Positions 48,556 to 61,697 are shown, numbered from the whole stretch's first letter. The stretch is DNA of 63,425 nucleotides, filler included, from Nemertoderma westbladi (GCA_032718475.1; 4 parts of 4 records of this genome joined end to end with filler, not necessarily neighbours in it); one strand, 5' to 3'. Notes: generated from the sequence alone by a model not told the origin. A program made the numbers and translations.

Positions 48556-50030
48556 AAATATAAAAGTTATTTGTTTTACCTAGAATCGTGGCTTAGACCC
48601 TTACAACACCAATATAACTTGATTTTAATATGTATTCGCGGGCGAATTCGCCGCGAACAACATCTTTCAAACTCGCCTCATATTTAAAAGTATATAGTGT
48701 AGGTCTACAAGAGTTTAATACTGAAACAGATTTGTTTAGGCCTACATAATTACACGGTACTGGTCCACAGTCAGCTCGATAGCTTGGACAACTGAATAAT
48801 TATCCTTCCGCGTGGTCAATAGCAACAAAACTTAATAAACATGCTGGGGTGGGTGTCTACAAAGCGATAAGCGAAGTTTGCTAAAATACTTCCGATCGTG
48901 ACAGTTTTTCCACCAGTACAACATATCTCTCTCTGTCGGTCAGTCGGTCTTAATCGTCTTATTACTGAATATTTTAGTGGTTATTTTTCACAACTCTCCG
49001 CGTACTTTAGGCCTAACTAAAATTTATCAGTCGAATGATCAATGAAACATTTTTAGAAAGTTTACATACGGCAGACTTTGTCAGTTATACTCAGGCCGCA
49101 AGAGCGCGATGGCCTAATATCTAAAGGCAAAATCTTTCTGCCATTACAGTACGATGATTTAGTACACATTATAGGCCTACACGTTGAAGCTAATAATTTT
49201 CATAATTCCCCCGACCTTTTGCTTTTAGGTGGCACCTGTGAGTGTGAGGACGCTCAAAATTTATCCAGTCTTCCGCTAGAGTGTAAATCTTCTGTAGTTT
49301 TAATGTGCGGAATCCACATGCTATGGGCAACGAACGACCGCACTACTGGTGACAATAGTTTTTTCGCGTCGATAACCTCAATATCCGACAAAGTTTGGAG
49401 GCAGATTGCCCAATGTAGAGTACCTTGATTGTTTCTGAATTTGTCGCAGTTTTAGAGTGAGATACAAGTAGGCCTACGATTTCGTATTTGAGACTGGTAC
49501 TACGACTTTAGATTGCCAGTCTCTTGATTGTCTTGATGTATTTACGAATAAGTGCGCGTCTTGTAATATACATATAGAGGAGTCTAATGTTATGGGTTTG
49601 TTCAGAAGTGGAAAAAAATGAGAAAACTCCAATCTCCAATTTATTTAATTAATATATACTCACTACAGTACGCAGCAAACTTCGCCCGCGTCCAATCTTC
49701 TCCCGACTGCCCGGAGCAATCTTCGCCCTCAAAATGAGCAACTATCGCCACCTTCGCTCGCAGGCAATCTTCGTCCGAGAGCAACCTTCGCCCACTAAAC
49801 AATTATTGTTTTGGTTAGAAAAAGCCGCCTTTGTAACCTGCTCCTTTCCCTCAATTGGTAACAACATAGTTTATTGTTTTGGTTAGAAAAAGCCGTCTCT
49901 GTAACCTGCTCCTTTCCTTCAATTGGTAACTAAAATGGTTACTAACACAAATTTTATTGGCAAAGGTTGCTCGCGGGAGAAGATTGCCTTGCGGGAGAAG
50001 GTTTCCCCCAGGTTGAAGGTTAGACTCGAC

Positions 50031-52094
50031 CAGGCCCGTATGGTGATCATAATATCTGGGGGGGGGGGGGCAGAGGCCAAATCTGGGGGGGGGGGGGGGC
50101 AAACCCATAACTGGGATTTGGGGAGCATACAAAAAAGTGAGAGTTAATTTAGTACATAAAGTAAAATCAATATGGTTGAAAGGTGTGTGGGGCGAGCCAC
50201 GAAGTTGGCGGAGTCTTGGCGAATTTACACTGTTAAGGAGAATGTCAATAATGGCAAATACATAGTTGTTGACGTAACTATTTTGACATTAAATAACTTT
50301 GTCAGATTTAAAGCTGTCGAATTGAAAATTTGTAGGCATAAATATGTCCAAAACTTGTATTCTTTAGCGACTTTTCACCCCAACAGTTCAACAGTCTCCC
50401 GCTAGATGGCTACATGTCTAAACATTAAATGTCCTCCCATTTCTTTGCTTTTAATCCGTTTAACCTGAAACTTGGCACAATTGTACTCGACCATTAGCTG
50501 TGTCATTTAAACTTTTTCTGAGGTCTTAACCCTTCGTTTCTCAAACAGATGATTCCTTTGAGGTCAATTTTGACCTCAGGTAAATGAGAGGGTTGGGGTG
50601 GTCCAACAAAACTTGTTGTCGAATTTAAACTCAGTTTGCACATCAGATGTCATAAAATGAGCCCAAACTTCGATAGATACCAAAATTTTGATTTAGGGAT
50701 GACAGGAAATATTCCCACAGGTACATGGCCAGTTCCCGCCCTTGGCGCAAGTGAGTCATAGTCCCCATTTTTGTGATGATCAACTTCTATTATTCCTACT
50801 GCATTGATATTTATGCTCAATAGAACCGCAATGACAGATTTAGTTGGTGTAGACACCTTCAAAACAAGCATAGAGCGAATAGGTTTTGAGAAATTGCAGA
50901 TAATGTGAAGTCCGGCACAAGTCAAAATTAGCGCCTTGATGCGATATTTGACAAATACCTGACAAATATCTCAAAAACTATTCGCTCTATGCTTGTTTTG
51001 AAGGTGTCTACAAAACTAAATCGGTCATTGTGGTTCTAAATGAGCATAATATCAATGCAGTAGGAATACTAGAAGTTGATCATCACAAAAATGGGGAATA
51101 TGACTCACTGCAAGGGCGGGAACTGGCCATGTGCATTTGGGAATATTTCCTGTTATCCCCAAATCAAAATTTTGGTATCTATCTAAGTTTGGGGCTATTT
51201 GATGACATCTGATTTGCAAACTGAGTTGAAATTCAAAAAAGTTTTTCGTTGATATTGAATGGTACAAGACAGGTACAAAACACGATGAGGTGAAATTTGA
51301 CCTCAATGTCAATATGTGTAGGCCCCTATAAATTGTAAAATTGAATAGACCTCCTTGCAAATTTTTACATTTTTGTTTTTCTAATTGAGAAGTAATAATA
51401 AAATAATAAATGTCACAAAATTTCGAGATAAAATATCAATGTGTGATAAAATTGTGTAAGTTTAAATCTTCGATGGGTCAAAAATGACCTCAAAGAGAGC
51501 ACAAGGGTAAAATCGACTGCAGTTTTCAAGCCTGCCTCTAGGCTGGTGTAAAGTGATCAAGGGCATCCGCTTAGATTTTGCTTATTTTTCTTTCAAGATT
51601 ACACTTACATAAGTTTATATCACGTGCTGCGCGAATGACCCACTTCAGGTATAATATGGTTAAGGTTAAGTTACAACAAATTATAGCTATGGATACCAGC
51701 GCAAGCAACCCTCAGCGCCACGCCTTTTAGCTGCAAGCTGGCTGCCAAACTACAAGCAAATAAACAATGGGTCAACAACAAACAACCCCTCCACCCTGGT
51801 AGCCAATGAGAGAACCTAGCGCTTTCGAGTATTTTTAGTAATTACAGGTACAGTAAGTAGGTATATTAATGTCATGTAGTTGTAGAATTGGACCAAATGG
51901 AATGGTGGGGATTCAGATCAGGTCAGTGGGCAGGAGTATGTTAATCCAATAATATTGATTACCAACAATATTATTATTACTTAATTGTGAACAAGACGAG
52001 TGAACAATACATGTCTGGGGGGGGGCAGTGGGACTTATCTGGGGGGGGGGGGGGGGGCAGTGCCCCCAAAGCCCCCCCGCACGATACGGGCCTG
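50031..52094. mobile_element. Non-autonomous hAT-type element
   Basis: TIRs CAGGCCCGTA / TACGGGCCTG. Perfect 8-bp TSD GACTCGAC (50023-50030 and 52095-52102). Confidence 0.88.
50186..51650 (+). mobile_element. Helentron/HINE-like element nested in the hAT, containing a ~280-bp inverted duplication
   Basis: Shares the head GTGGGGCGAGCCACGAAGTTGGCGGAG and tail TCACGTGCTGCGCGAA..CCCACTTC with 56479-57455. Inverted arms at about 50608-50895 and 50965-51246. Confidence 0.65.
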
Positions 52095-53525
52095 GACTCG
52101 ACCAAAGATTGGACGCGGGCGAAGGTTGTACCCAACCCTCAGTACTCACTACTCAGTACTTACATACTGTAGATCGGAATGAAAATTTTGCAAACAAGTC
52201 TTCCAAAATTCCACAGTTCGATCCAAAGCATCCGATCCAACACGTGTCAGTAGTGGTAGATTTATCGTCAAATTTATCGGACTATGTACTGTATAATTCT
52301 CGAAGATTAATCAGAGATTGTTGTTACATTTACTTCATGTTTATCAAAGATGACGTGGATTTTAAACTTTAGACTCTAAATAATGTACATTTGTAGTTAT
52401 ATTAAATTTGTATATACAGTATGTAATACTGTCACTCGCTTTACAGGTAACTGTAACACAGTATTTATAAATAAGGGTACCAAAAAGGGTATATGGTACA
52501 TAAACTGTACTGTACGTATATAACATACCTACGTGCTGTATATAGCGTACCATTATGATTCTTATACCGTATGTTTATTTAGATGGGGCGCTATTGGTAA
52601 CAAAATTTAAGTAATTTATGGCCCTAACCTCCGGTGTCGAAACTAGGGTTTCCGAGCTTGACCTCCACCATGTGGTGAAGTTGTGATTAACGGCACAAAT
52701 AAGTAAATAATTCTGTGTTTATTAGGCCTACCGGTACCTGTATACAAATATAATGTTCACGTACACTGTGCACTGTAGGTACTGTCTGACTCTGCACTCT
52801 GTACAGTAAACATTTTCTTACTCTGTACTGTATAATGCTTATTGTTGATGTAAGTATGAAGAACAAGTATGTATGCAGTAAGTTGGAAAATCAATACCTT
52901 TTAAGAACACATCCAGATCTAGCATGTGGTTTAATCGATTGTACTGTACAGCTACAGCACTGTACAGTAATAATTCATAATAAAGTTTGTTTGGTCGGTG
53001 TATTATTTGTTTCCGGGTACATTGTTGTTATTATTTTTATTTTCTTGATTCAACATTTATTCGAACTACAATATCTCTGAGTCGGTATTGTATCAATTAT
53101 TTCATAGTAATTGTTTCCCGGATGGATTTTATTATTCTAATAATCTGTAATATTGTTAATATAACAATAATCTGATGCTCTGTGCAGTGCGCGGTGCAGT
53201 GGGGAAGATTGACTGCCAGCTGCCATGAACCAGCCCGAAATCATAAAGGCAATTTAATTAACTATTCACTGAGTAACTTCCTTTATTATTAATCTCTTGG
53301 CTGCATGGAGCATTATTACTGTATTTATTATGGACAAAGTTTCCCATTTGGCATGATTAGGGTTACCCTAATTCTACTGCCAGACTGCTGAACTGTACCG
53401 CTGTACCGGTAGTCAGAAATAAACTATTGCTGTATTGTGTATTGTAGATTCATGCGATATGCAGATCTGTGTAGATTGCTTTCATTACAGCATTAAGAGA
53501 TACTTACCAGTAGTATTATGTAATC

Positions 53526-53726
53526 ATGAATTATATATTAATTATTGTGTTGCTAATAACCATTGTTGGATTAATTGCCGCGGATCAAAATACTAATAAT
53601 GATAATTCGTGCAGCACAAATGATTTCTTTTCGCCTACATTTAATAAGAATAAGTTGGACGTAACACTGCCATCGTCTACGTTTAGTGGTGGAGTTCAGT
53701 TGACGTGGTTGGGGGACGAGAACCAT
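53526..53726 (+). CDS. First coding exon of a secreted/membrane protein, probably a sortilin/VPS10-domain receptor
   Basis: Signal peptide MNYILIIVLLITIVGLIAA. GGVQLTWLGDENH resembles sortilin GSVSLSWVGDSTG as recalled. A canonical GTAAGT donor follows at 53727. Confidence 0.55.
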
Positions 53727-53966
53727 GTAAGTTTGTCGGCTACAAATCGCATAATCTTGGGAATTTGGGAATTGTGACAGTAGGGAACATATGCTTAAAT
53801 AAGCAGTACGGGTCGCACTTCTTATTTACGGATCGCACTGCTATTCACTCATATACCTATCTGACTAAAATAGTTAATTTATGAGTATCAAATAAACCTG
53901 TCAGCCTGTACTGGTAATACTAATGTATATGTGAGGTGAGTCGCCCATTACTTGTAAATTGTAATA

Positions 53967-56119
53967 ATGGATGAAACACCTTCTGAAAGCGAAGCCTCGA
54001 CAAAACCAACATTTAGGAAGCAGTGTGGGTCGTGTTCTGGTACGGTTATATTGAAAAATATCGAGACATGAAAAATATCGAGAGTAAAAATAACGCGAGT
54101 AAAAACATCGAGTGTTGAAAAATAACGATAATATCGAGAGTTCAAAAAATATCGAGAGTAAAAATATCGAGGGTAAAAATATCGAGAGTAAAAATACCGA
54201 GTGTTGAAAAATATCGAGAGTAAAAATATCGAGGAGTAAAAATATCGAGTGTTGAAAAATATCGAGAGTAAAAATATCGAGTGTTGAAAAATATCGAGAG
54301 TAAAAATATCGAGTGTTGAAAAATATCGAGAGTAAAAATATCGAGTGTTGAAAAATATCGAGAGTAAAAATATCGAGTGTTGAAAAATATCGAGAGTAAA
54401 AATATCGAGTGTTGAAAAATGTCGAGAGTAAAAATATCGAGCGTTGAAAAATATCGAGAGTAAAAATATCGAGTGTTGAAAAATATCGAGAGTAAAAATA
54501 TCGAGTGTTGAAAAATATCGAGTGTTGAAAAATATCGAGTGTTGAAAAATATCGAGAGTAAAAATATCGAGTGTTGAAAAATATCGAGTGTTGAAAAATA
54601 TCGAGTGTTGAAAAATATCGAGTGTTGAAAAATATCGAGTGTTGAAAAATATCGAGAGTAAAAATATCGAGTGTTGAAAAATATCGAGTGTTGAAAAATA
54701 TCGAGTGTTGAAAAATATCGAGTGTTGAAAAATATCGAGTGTTGAAAAATATCGAGTGTTGAAAAATATCGAGTGTTGAAAAATATCGAGTGTTGAAAAA
54801 AATATAGAATGTTGAAAAATATCGAGAGTAAAAATATCGATAGTAACAATTTTTTTAAATAAGGGTTGTATGATAATTTTTTTACTAAAAATGTTCTAGA
54901 ACAACAATATTTATTAACATTTGGTTGTTTATACGTGTTCTAATATAATATTTAACAATATTTATAATATTTATCAAAATTTATAGCTAGCACTTCTTTT
55001 ATAATATTTATTAAAAAAATAGCAAAAACTAGCTAGTATAATAAATCTGGTAAATGGGTACCCAAGGTGTATTACATAATGCCATTCACTTGCACTTGCA
55101 CTGTTGTAACCCATGCACTGCAATATTGTTCCATAATTCTAAATAAAATGCTCAAACAAAATCCAATACATTTTACTCTCGATATTTTTCAACACTCGAT
55201 ATTTTCAACACTCGTTATTTTTACTCTCGATATTTTTCAACACTCGATATTTTTACTCTCGATATTTTTACTCTCAATATTTTTCAACACTCGATATTTT
55301 TACTCTCGATATTTTTCAACACTCGATATTTTTCAACACTCGATATTTTTACTCTCGATATTTTTCAACACTCGATATTTTTACTCTCGATATTTTTCAA
55401 CACTCGATATTTTTACTCTCGATATTTTTCAACACTCGATATTTTTACTCTCGATATTTTTCAACACTCGATATTTTTACTCTCGATATTTTTCAACACT
55501 CGATATTTTTACTCTCGATATTTTTACTCTCGATATTTTTCAACACTCGATATTTTTACTCTCGATATTTTTACTCTCGATATTTTTCAACACTCGATAT
55601 TTTTACTCTCGATATTTTTCAACACTCGATATTTTTACTCTCGATATTTTTCAACACTCGATATTTTTCAACACTCGTTATTTTCGATATTTTTCATCTC
55701 GCGTTATGTTTACTCTCGATATTTTTTAATCACGTTAATTTTCAACACTCGTTATTTTTACTCTCGATATTTTTACTCTCGTTATTTTTACTCTCGATAT
55801 TTTTCAAGTCTCGATATTTTTCACCATTACCTCTGGTACCACTGGACTTATGAATTTAAGTTCTTTGAAAACTCACGGAAAATTTCAGAAAACTGTGATC
55901 AAGTATATGATAACGAATAGAAAGATTTCAACACGTAACAAATTTGTTTGTGATAAATGTTATGAATTGTCAAGATCTCAAATTCATACTGAAATTGACT
56001 CAGACGAAGATGCGGCACTTTTCTCAATTCCAACACCAGCTGCTGAAAGTGGCACAGCCACTCATTCTGACCTTCAAATCTTTAAGTCCTCAATTATGTC
56101 ACAACAGCCAAGTCGTTGA
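53967..56119 (+). pseudogene. C4 zinc-finger ORF interrupted by the foldback element (53967-54043 + 55840-56119)
   Basis: Removing 54044-55839 restores MDETPSESEASTKPTFRKQCGSCSGTTGLMNLSSLK...NKFVCDKCYEL in frame. Confidence 0.55.
54044..55831. mobile_element. Foldback-type non-autonomous DNA transposon (Merlin- or MULE-like)
   Basis: 8-bp TSD TCTGGTAC (54036-54043 and 55832-55839). Termini GGTTATATTGAAAAATATCGAGAC / GGTAATGGTGAAAAATATCGAGAC. The 650-800-bp arms are built of AAAAATATCGAG(AGT|TGTTG) units in inverted orientation. Confidence 0.88.
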
Positions 56120-56478
56120 AAGGGAGGTACTGTACAGTATCGTGAATTTCTCACTTCAAGAGAGTGTTTAGAATTTGTTGACAAGAAAGTTATGGATTTC
56201 TGTTGCTCTTTGAGTAATTTAGAAAACCTTGATGAAGCTACTGATTCGTCATTAGTGACACTAATGACTAATGCATTGAGTACAGTTTTAAAGTGACCGT
56301 ATGCGTACATACCGCATACATTCATATCGGCCACACCACTACCGAAAGGATACGACGACAACAACGGGACCGGCCCTGCAATCTGGCAATGCTCCCACTC
56401 CACTGTTCAGCAGTACTCGATCAGCCATGTAATTATACAAATTAACTACATTACTGCATTATCAAGCAAGACCAATTA

Positions 56479-57455
56479 TTGTGGGGCGAGCCACGAAGTT
56501 GGCGGAGCCTTAGCGAATTGACACTGTTAGGGGGTGGGTCAATTTATGCAAATAGTTGTCGTCGTCGTCGTCGTTGTCGTCGTCGTCGTTGTCGTCGTCG
56601 TCGTTGTCGTCGTCGTTACGATTTTGACATGCTAATAACTTTGTCGGATTTAAAGCTGCCAAGTTGAAAATTTGTAGGTATCAATATAAGCAAAAGTTGA
56701 GATTTTTGAGAGACTTTCAGACACCATCAGTGCAATGGTCTCCCGCTAGAGGGCCACATGTCTAAACATTAAATGGCCACCCATTTCTTTGCTTTTAATC
56801 CGTTTAAGCTGAAACTTGGGAAGTATGTACTAGACCATTAGCTGTAAATTTCAAAGGAGGCTAATCTGTCTGCAGTTCTCCAGTCTGCCGCTAGAGGGCG
56901 AAATGTCCCGAATGTGAAATTATTCTTCCATTTAGTTGTTTATGATCTGATTACGCTGAAACTTGTCATATATGTACTAGAAGACATCCTAAGTCTTTGT
57001 GTGGACAGTAATCGGTCCGGAGTTTTCGAGTCTGCCGCTAGAGGGCGAAATGTAGGAAAGTGATAACCTTTGCGAATTCCTTGATCTTAATCTATTTAAG
57101 CTGAATTTTGGAATATACAGTACCGGTATGTACTAGACCACATGCCTCGTCTTTGTGAGGAAGGTGATCGATCCGTAGTTCTTTAATATGCCGCTAGAGG
57201 GCTAAATGTATGAAAGTGAAAACCTTCCAACATTTCGTTATTTATGATCCGTCAATCGGAAACTTGGTAGATATGTAATAGACCATAGGCAGTGGCTTTG
57301 TAGGGAAACTAATCCTTCCTTCTTCAGTTACCCAGTCTCCCGCTAGAGGGTTAACGTTTTCCGGGAAAATCTTCTCCTATGTTTTTATAATCCTTTCGAG
57401 TTGATACTTAGCATTAACTCATTTCACGTGCTGCGCGAAGGCCCCACTTCGTGTC
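56479..57455 (+). mobile_element. Helentron/HINE-like element with a (GTC)n microsatellite and five ~150-bp internal repeats
   Basis: Subterminal IR GTGGGGC/GCCCCAC, a 5' hairpin and a (GTC)n tract at 56558-56616. The repeated block is CCGCTAGAGGG...CTGAAACTT...TACTAGACCA. Confidence 0.7.
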
Positions 57456-57489
57456 TTTTAAGCAGACGATTTATGAATGTTAATTGCTT

Positions 57490-58030
57490 ACCATTGGCCA
57501 CTGTAGAGAAGATCATGCCTAGGCTGATCAGTTTTACGATAGCAGGACAGCAGTGGCCGTCAATGCTCAACTGTCATGCCGGCAAGGTGCTGCTAGGTTT
57601 CGGTAATAGAGACTCATCTACCGAGGTTGTACAATGTCTCGTATGTTAATTAAGCATAGTATCTTATTCCATGGACGAACAGCGTGGCATCCTCATGGAT
57701 GTATGATAAAGGGAGGGCTGGTGTCTTCCGCATTTAAGAACCGAACATAGCAGCATAGACTTTCATATGGCAGACTAGATTTAGGTTCAGAGAAAGTTTG
57801 ATACCATATAATCTCTAAAGCCTTGATAGTTTATTTAATGAAGACCTTCCCATGTCGTATTCTGAGGTCTTCAGCTGATCTCCGAATCCAAGATCTCCTA
57901 GCTTTGTTTGTGCTGGTAGTATAGGTATTCTACACGACCAACCAGGCCAATAATGGAATTAATACATTGATAATCTTATCTTGGCAGTTCCGGTATTCTG
58001 GCATATAGATCAGTCCAAAGTCCACCTCAA
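57490..58030 (-). pseudogene. Old, degraded RTE LINE relic related to the 18481-20962 family
   Basis: Minus-strand fragments SWIRRSAEDLRIRHGK, LNKLSR, ETLYNLG and YRKTDQPRHDLL parallel SWIRKSGEDLRIRKGK, LNRLSR, QTLYNIG and FRREDQPVHNLV. Confidence 0.7.
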
Positions 58031-58271
58031 CTGAGTGTCATAGGTTGCTATGATCAGTCACTACCTACGTTCTACGGATAAACACCTCCAATCTGGTAGC
58101 AACTAAAATAAACTACCGCTGAACAGACAAAGCAATAAATATAAACTTTTATAAATTTAAAATGTATTTTCAGCTTGATTTTCGAATCAAACTCTATCCC
58201 ATCTGTTCCATATTCTATGAACCATCTTCGATTCCTTGCCGGTACGATATTCCTACCCGGATACATTACAG

Positions 58272-58916
58272 TCCCGTTCCATTCCACCCCAACCACCCCT
58301 CGCTCCCGTTCCATTCCACCCCAACCACCCCTCGCTCCCGTTCCATTCCACCCCAACCACCCCTCGCTCCCGTTCCATTCCAACCACCCCTCGCTCCCGT
58401 TCCATTCCACCCCAACCACCCCTCGCTCCCGTTCCGTTCCACCCCAACCACCCCTCGCTCCCGTTCCATTCCACCCCAACCACCCCTCGCTCCCGTTCCA
58501 TTCCACCCCAACCACCCCTCGCTCCCGTTCCATTCCACCCCAACCACCCCTCGCTCCCGTTCCATTCCACCCCAACCACCCCTCGCTCCCGTTCCATTCC
58601 ACCCCAACCACCCCTCGCTACCGTTCCATTCCACCCCAACCACCCCTCGCTCCCGTTCCATTCCACCCCAACCACCCCTCGCTCCCGTTCCATTCCACCC
58701 CAACCACCCCTCGCTCCCGTTCCATTCCACCCCCAACCACCCCTCGCTCCCGTTCCATTCCACCCCAACCACCCCTCGCTCCCGTTCCATTCCACCCAAC
58801 CCCCCCTCGCTCCCGTCCCATTCCACCCCAACCACCCCTCGCTACCCGTTCCATTCCACCCCTACCACCCCTCGCTCCGTTCCATTCCACCCCAACCACC
58901 CCTCGCTCCCGTTCCA
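58272..58916. repeat. 32-bp C-rich minisatellite (CCCGTTCCATTCCACCCCAACCACCCCTCGCT), about 20 copies, running into the gap
   Basis: Tandem units are directly visible. Confidence 0.96.
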
Positions 58917-59016
58917 NNNNNNNNNNNNNNNNNNNNNNNNNNNNNNNNNNNNNNNNNNNNTTAATTAATTAANNNNNNNNNNNNNNNNNNNNNNNNNNNN
59001 NNNNNNNNNNNNNNNN
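58917..59016. other. Artificial contig spacer
   Basis: Same N-TTAATTAATTAA-N linker. Confidence 0.97.
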
Positions 59017-60185
59017 GCATGAAATTTGAAACAGAGTCAGTTTCACCTCCATCCTACTTGCTGGTTGAGCCAGAATTTTTATTTTCGCTTTCATTCTTTA
59101 GCCACAAGTGTTTGAAAAAGGTATCTTCGGCGATATTTCACAGGTCACAGTGCAATCATTCTTCAACCTTATAGTGATTTGATGGTACCAATAGAAAGCT
59201 GCCAATGTTCTCTGAAAAAAGAGCTATCGAATGAGCCTAAAACGAGTTTCGTACGAACGACCCCTAGAACTGGAGATTATATATTTTAAAAATCTACGAT
59301 GACTGATGACCTACAATAACAATGACATATATTGTTTTTGAAATTGAAATATCATAATAGAATTGATTTGATTGATATTGATATTAGTAAAACATTAAAT
59401 AAAGTTATCTGGTGCGAATGGACTTAAAGGTGGGGCGAATCGGTTAACTGTCAAAGTCGATTCTCCCCAAGTCCCATATGCCCCTAAAATCTTGTGCGAA
59501 TAGACTGGGGCGAATAGGTCGAGGGGCAAATTGACCCGCACCCGTTTGTTGTGCAGTACAGCAGTACACAACAAATTATAGAATGATAAGAAATTAATAT
59601 TTAATTTCGCGACAATTTTATTCAATAATTTCGGGAATTTACTTGGAAAAGCTAATTTTATCTAAAAGTTGGTACCCGGTGTTATTTTTTGTCCTCTTTC
59701 TATTTTTGACTGTGTTCGGCAGTTTTTGGAGTGTGTTCGGGTGTGTTCGACTGTGATCGGTCGTGTTGCTCTTTACGTACCTTCCAAACCTCCTATATCT
59801 GAGATCCGCAGCAAGATAAAGCGGTTTTCTCGGACCACAATTATGACTAACTGACTTATTTTACTATGTTGAAAAATATGTGTTAAGTTCGGGCCAAATT
59901 CACACATTATTGGTTAGATACCGTAAAACATAACTTCCCATTGAAGTGTTTTACATTTTCTCATTTTATTTATGATGATTCAATCATAACGAAATACCAC
60001 CCTGCTGGCCTACGAAACAGGGGTGGGTTGCACGAAAAAATTCTTAGTTTAGCCAAATATTTACTTGAGGGGCCCAAGTATTTACTTGGCTAAGTATTTA
60101 CTAAGTAAAAATAAATTGTTACTGATTTGTTGATTTTAGTTGAATTGCATTATTGTGTGCGGTTCCATTCTTGGGTTCTTAGAAA

Positions 60186-60449
60186 ATGGCTACAGCAAGG
60201 ATCGAGCCAGAAAATAAGAAAGCGAGGATTACTTGGGACGCAAAAGACGAATCTGAGTTGGCCGAAACTTATGAAAAATATCACTCTATATTGATTTCTA
60301 AAGTCAACCCTGCAATTACACAGAAGGTTACGACAGAAAGGAAGCAAAAACTTGTTGACGAGTTTAACAGACAACAAAAAATACGACACCACTTCCGTGC
60401 AGAGGAAAATAGAAAACATGAAACAATTGGCCCGGAATTATTGCACTGA
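60186..60449 (+). pseudogene. Harbinger Myb/SANT-like DNA-binding ORF remnant
   Basis: ITWDAKDESELAETYEKYHSILISK...RKQKLVDEFN follows a trihelix/Myb-like pattern and lies within the TIRs. Confidence 0.6.
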
Positions 60450-60499
60450 GCGGCGCCAACATAAGACCGGGTGTGGCCCGCTCCCAAATCCGCCGGATA

Positions 60500-61319
60500 G
60501 GGCAGCCGTTTCTAAAATGTTGTAAAAATTTAGCCTGTACGTTTGTCCATCTTTGTCATCGGTAGAAACAGCGGGTTCCGGCTGGTTTGCGCGGTTTGAG
60601 CGGTTCATCTTCGTTAAACATGATCGCAAAGTTATGAAGAACGATACAAACAGCAATGACACGGCACACGAGCACTGGTTCATAGCGAATTTCACCATGC
60701 AAGCAGTGAAAACGTCTTTTCAGTATTCCGAAACTTCTTTCGATTATGCTGCGTGCAGTAGTTTGAGCTTATTATATTTGATTTATGCTGGTTGTTGTGG
60801 ATTCATGAGGGGTGTGAAAAGAAAAGGGCGACAAGCGTATCCTCCGTCTCCAAGTAGAATCCCCTTTTGTATGCCATTTTCAAAATCAATTCCCAATTTT
60901 GAAGTGCGGAAAATTCGTGAATCATGAACAGATCCGGGCCAATCAGCAACGATGTTCAAAAACCGTCATTTGTGATCGCAAACAGCTTGGGCATTGATAG
61001 AATTATAATCTTTTCGGTTGACAAATTGGTCTTCATTTTCGGTCGGTCCTTGTATTTGTATATGAGTACAGTCGATCGCACCCACGATACGCGGAAGGCC
61101 AAATCGTCCGTAAAAATACTGTTGAATTTCAGCCATGCCGTCATCATTCGGGAATCGGAACTCTCCAGTTGCAAAAAACCGCAGGGCAATGCACAGCTGC
61201 TGCTCGGTGGAAATCGCTTTGCTCCGCTTTGTAGTAGGCTCAATATCGGAGCGAAGAATTTCGGCAATTCCCATAACTGAACTTAGAGAAGCGGTAACGG
61301 TCGAAAAATTATTTTTCAT
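60500..61319 (-). pseudogene. Harbinger (HARBI1-like) DDE transposase remnant with stops and frameshifts
   Basis: Motifs QLCIALRFFATG, GAIDCTHI, NRKDYNSINAQAVCD, WPGSVHDSRIF, LLGDGGY and CIVLHNF. Confidence 0.9.
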
Positions 61320-61697
61320 TCCAGAAAGACAGCGGATACTCTCTATCTCTGTACAATCGGTTTACAGCACTCATATTTATCGTAAATAGGTAAGACAGGC
61401 ATAAAAGCCTTTTCAGTAACCGTCTGAGTAAAAATCGGTTTTTACTGGCGCTTTAAGTAAAAACTTTTGCTGAGTAAATTTCGTGCAAGTGGGCCAAGGA
61501 CCTTCCTTACCCCCTTGGAACTTTATCGCCCCTGGGTCTTTATCGCCCCCGAGTCTTTATCGCCACTGGTCCTTTATCGCCCCTGTCATTATATATAGGC
61601 TACATTTCCTCAACTTTCCCACTTCCTCTGAGTCACATATTTTTGTTATAGTTTACATTTATAATTATATTCAAATAGTTTCAGTTAGAGCATATTA

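Larger units (their letters stand above)
49677..52127. mobile_element. Outer MITE interrupted by a hAT element
   Basis: Inverted ends AAACTTCGCCCGCGTCCAATCTT (49677-49699) and AAGATTGGACGCGGGCGAAGGTT (52105-52127), plus further subterminal inverted motifs. Confidence 0.7.
60021..61495. mobile_element. Internally deleted PIF/Harbinger transposon
   Basis: Imperfect TIRs GGGTGGGTTGCACGAAA / GGCCCACTTGCACGAAA, flanked by CAG and AAG. Subterminal TTTACT repeats. Two convergent ORF remnants. Confidence 0.8.

Noticed and set aside
54142-55729. 235-aa and 220-aa hydrophobic repeat ORFs
   Set aside because: These are translations of the tandem-repeat arms of the foldback element.
58072-58972. Multiple Pro-rich and Gly/Trp-rich ORFs
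   Set aside because: All six frames are read-throughs of the 32-bp minisatellite.
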